Assembly: GCF_001194135.2 (NCBI RefSeq)
Contig: NC_068986.1
Coordinates: 56,208,982-56,245,651, forward strand
Origin: Octopus bimaculoides
Taxonomy: Eukaryota
Length of the DNA stretch: 36,670 bases
Direction: 5' to 3'
The notes under the pieces were generated by a model that did not search any database, was not told where the DNA came from, and worked only from the letters and a program-made list of their open reading frames with translations. Numbering within the stretch: position 1 is the first letter of the stretch; every line of letters begins with the position of its first letter. This document shows positions 35,179 through 36,670 of the stretch, piece by piece. The position numbers were made by a program, and so were the translations under genes.

Positions 35179-36319
35179 TTTTTTTAACACAAAAAGTTCC
35201 AGTTTTAATTTTTTGATATTCCCTGCATATGTTAACAAAAACTTAATGTTTTTCATATGGACAATGTCTGAGATATTTTTCCTTCCAGTGATTCTATTTT
35301 TCTATGCGAATACTTGTACATTTTGTATATATATTTAATGGTTCTTTCATCATTACTTCAGAAAATTCAGTGAAAGCTATACTTTGCAAAGAAACTGAGA
35401 AAAAGACTATTTTTTTCCATCACTTTATTATTATTAGTTATTTCTATTTCATACTACTTTCTGCAATAACACTAACTTAACTACTGTTTATAAAGATCCA
35501 AGTTATTTAAACTATTAACCTAATCATTTACATTTGTCTAAACTATGTTTCAAATTAGAATATAAACATCCTCAGACTGTTTTTAAATGCAGCATTCAAA
35601 CAGAAATATAAATATACCTAAATGTATCTCTTGGCTCAGTTTCAACTCAGCTTAAGATGTTTAGCATATTTTAAAATATATACATCAAAAATGTTCCTCC
35701 TTCTAATCCAATGTTTGTGCCTCAGTCATCAGTAATAATGCAGATATTTTGTAATTAAGGAAATACAGTTGTTCATGTGAAGTATAAAGGTTATTATTAT
35801 GGTCAAAGACACTAATAAAGATCCTCCCATTCTCCTTGCAGGCATCACTTATCTAATGTGATTTCCCTTTCCAAAATGACAGAGTGCAATTTGAGAGATG
35901 TTCGGTTCATATTTCAAAGAGCAATTCACTACACAGTACCAATGAGGGAGCTTCTACGTAGTTTCTCAACTTATCTGAAGCAGCAGCCAAGTCTCCTTCA
36001 AATCACATGGTCTTAAAAAAAGACACTGGATAATGTGATGTAGGGTCCCTCCACATACAAATAAAAAGGAGGTGCTGTTATAACTGGTCTGTCTTTACTC
36101 ATAGCTCTGCTTGATTCAGGCTGAACTGGGGTTAAACAACAACAAATATGTTCTTTCATTAGCCCATAAAAAATATTAGTGTTAAAAAGTGGTTAAATTC
36201 AAATGTAGCCCACATGCACATGCGTGTGTGTGTGTGTGTGTGTGTAAAACTGAAATATGATACTCAGAGAGAAATGGAATGTATCCTTTTGTTTTCATGA
36301 ATTGATACGACACTGCTTT

Positions 36320-36670
36320 TCCCCTTCCCAGGCTACAGGCCCACACCCCCAACACCCATACTGTTAGGATTGGCACTCTCAACGTCGGGACGCTGAAAGG
36401 TAGATCTGGTGAAATTGTTGAGATGCTTGAACGGAGACGCGTAGATATGTGCTGCATCCAGGAAGTAAGATGGAGAGGAGGTTCTGCGAGGTTCCTCACA
36501 GGCAAAGAACACAGGTACAAGATTTTCTGGGCAGGGAACACTGACAGGGTCGGGGGCGTAGGAATACTTCTAGCGGAGAAATGGGTGGATAAGGTAATCG
36601 AGGTCGTTAGAGTAAGTGACAGAGTACTTAAGATCAGACTAGTGCTTCATCATAGATTAGCTACTGTCAT
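36320..36670 (+). mobile_element. 5' end of an RTE LINE: APE endonuclease N-terminus, running off the window
   Basis: Uninterrupted frame ...VRIGTLNVGTLKGRSGEIVEMLERRRVDMCCIQEVRWRGGSARFLTGKEHRYKIFWAGNTDRVGGVGILLAEKWVDKVIEVVRVSDRVLKIRLV. Typical GTLNV, CIQEVRW and GVGILL motifs. Confidence 0.92.

Overview
Eukaryotic, AT-rich, repeat-dense genomic DNA with three assembly gaps (3841-4087, 10588-10687, 30946-30955). The SINE and RTE-LINE families look like those of octopus / coleoid cephalopods; this is inferred from recalled repeat sequences, not from a database search. One host gene is supported. It is the 3' part of a minus-strand gene with five phase-compatible GT-AG coding exons (34806-34660, 33541-33232, 25412-24117, 21178-21029, 17456-17344; 2016 nt, 671 aa plus stop, N-terminus not found in the window). 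The product is mostly low-complexity S/D/E/K/R-rich sequence ending in a coiled-coil that resembles the N-terminal helix of CCDC9. Most of the rest is transposon debris, often nested: RTE LINEs (one apparently young), a CR1-type LINE split by a hAT-like TIR element, two R4/Dong-like restriction-endonuclease retroelement fragments, a non-autonomous Helitron inside an RTE, a probable solo LTR, MITEs, at least four short interspersed repeat families, and microsatellites. Most ORFs in the supplied track are spurious or transposon-derived. I found no clearly novel biological system. The best leads are the uncharacterised protein, an inverted SINE pair bracketing two exons (circRNA/ADAR candidate), and an R4/Dong-like element sitting in TAA repeats. 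Repeat boundaries are approximate unless TIRs or termini are quoted.
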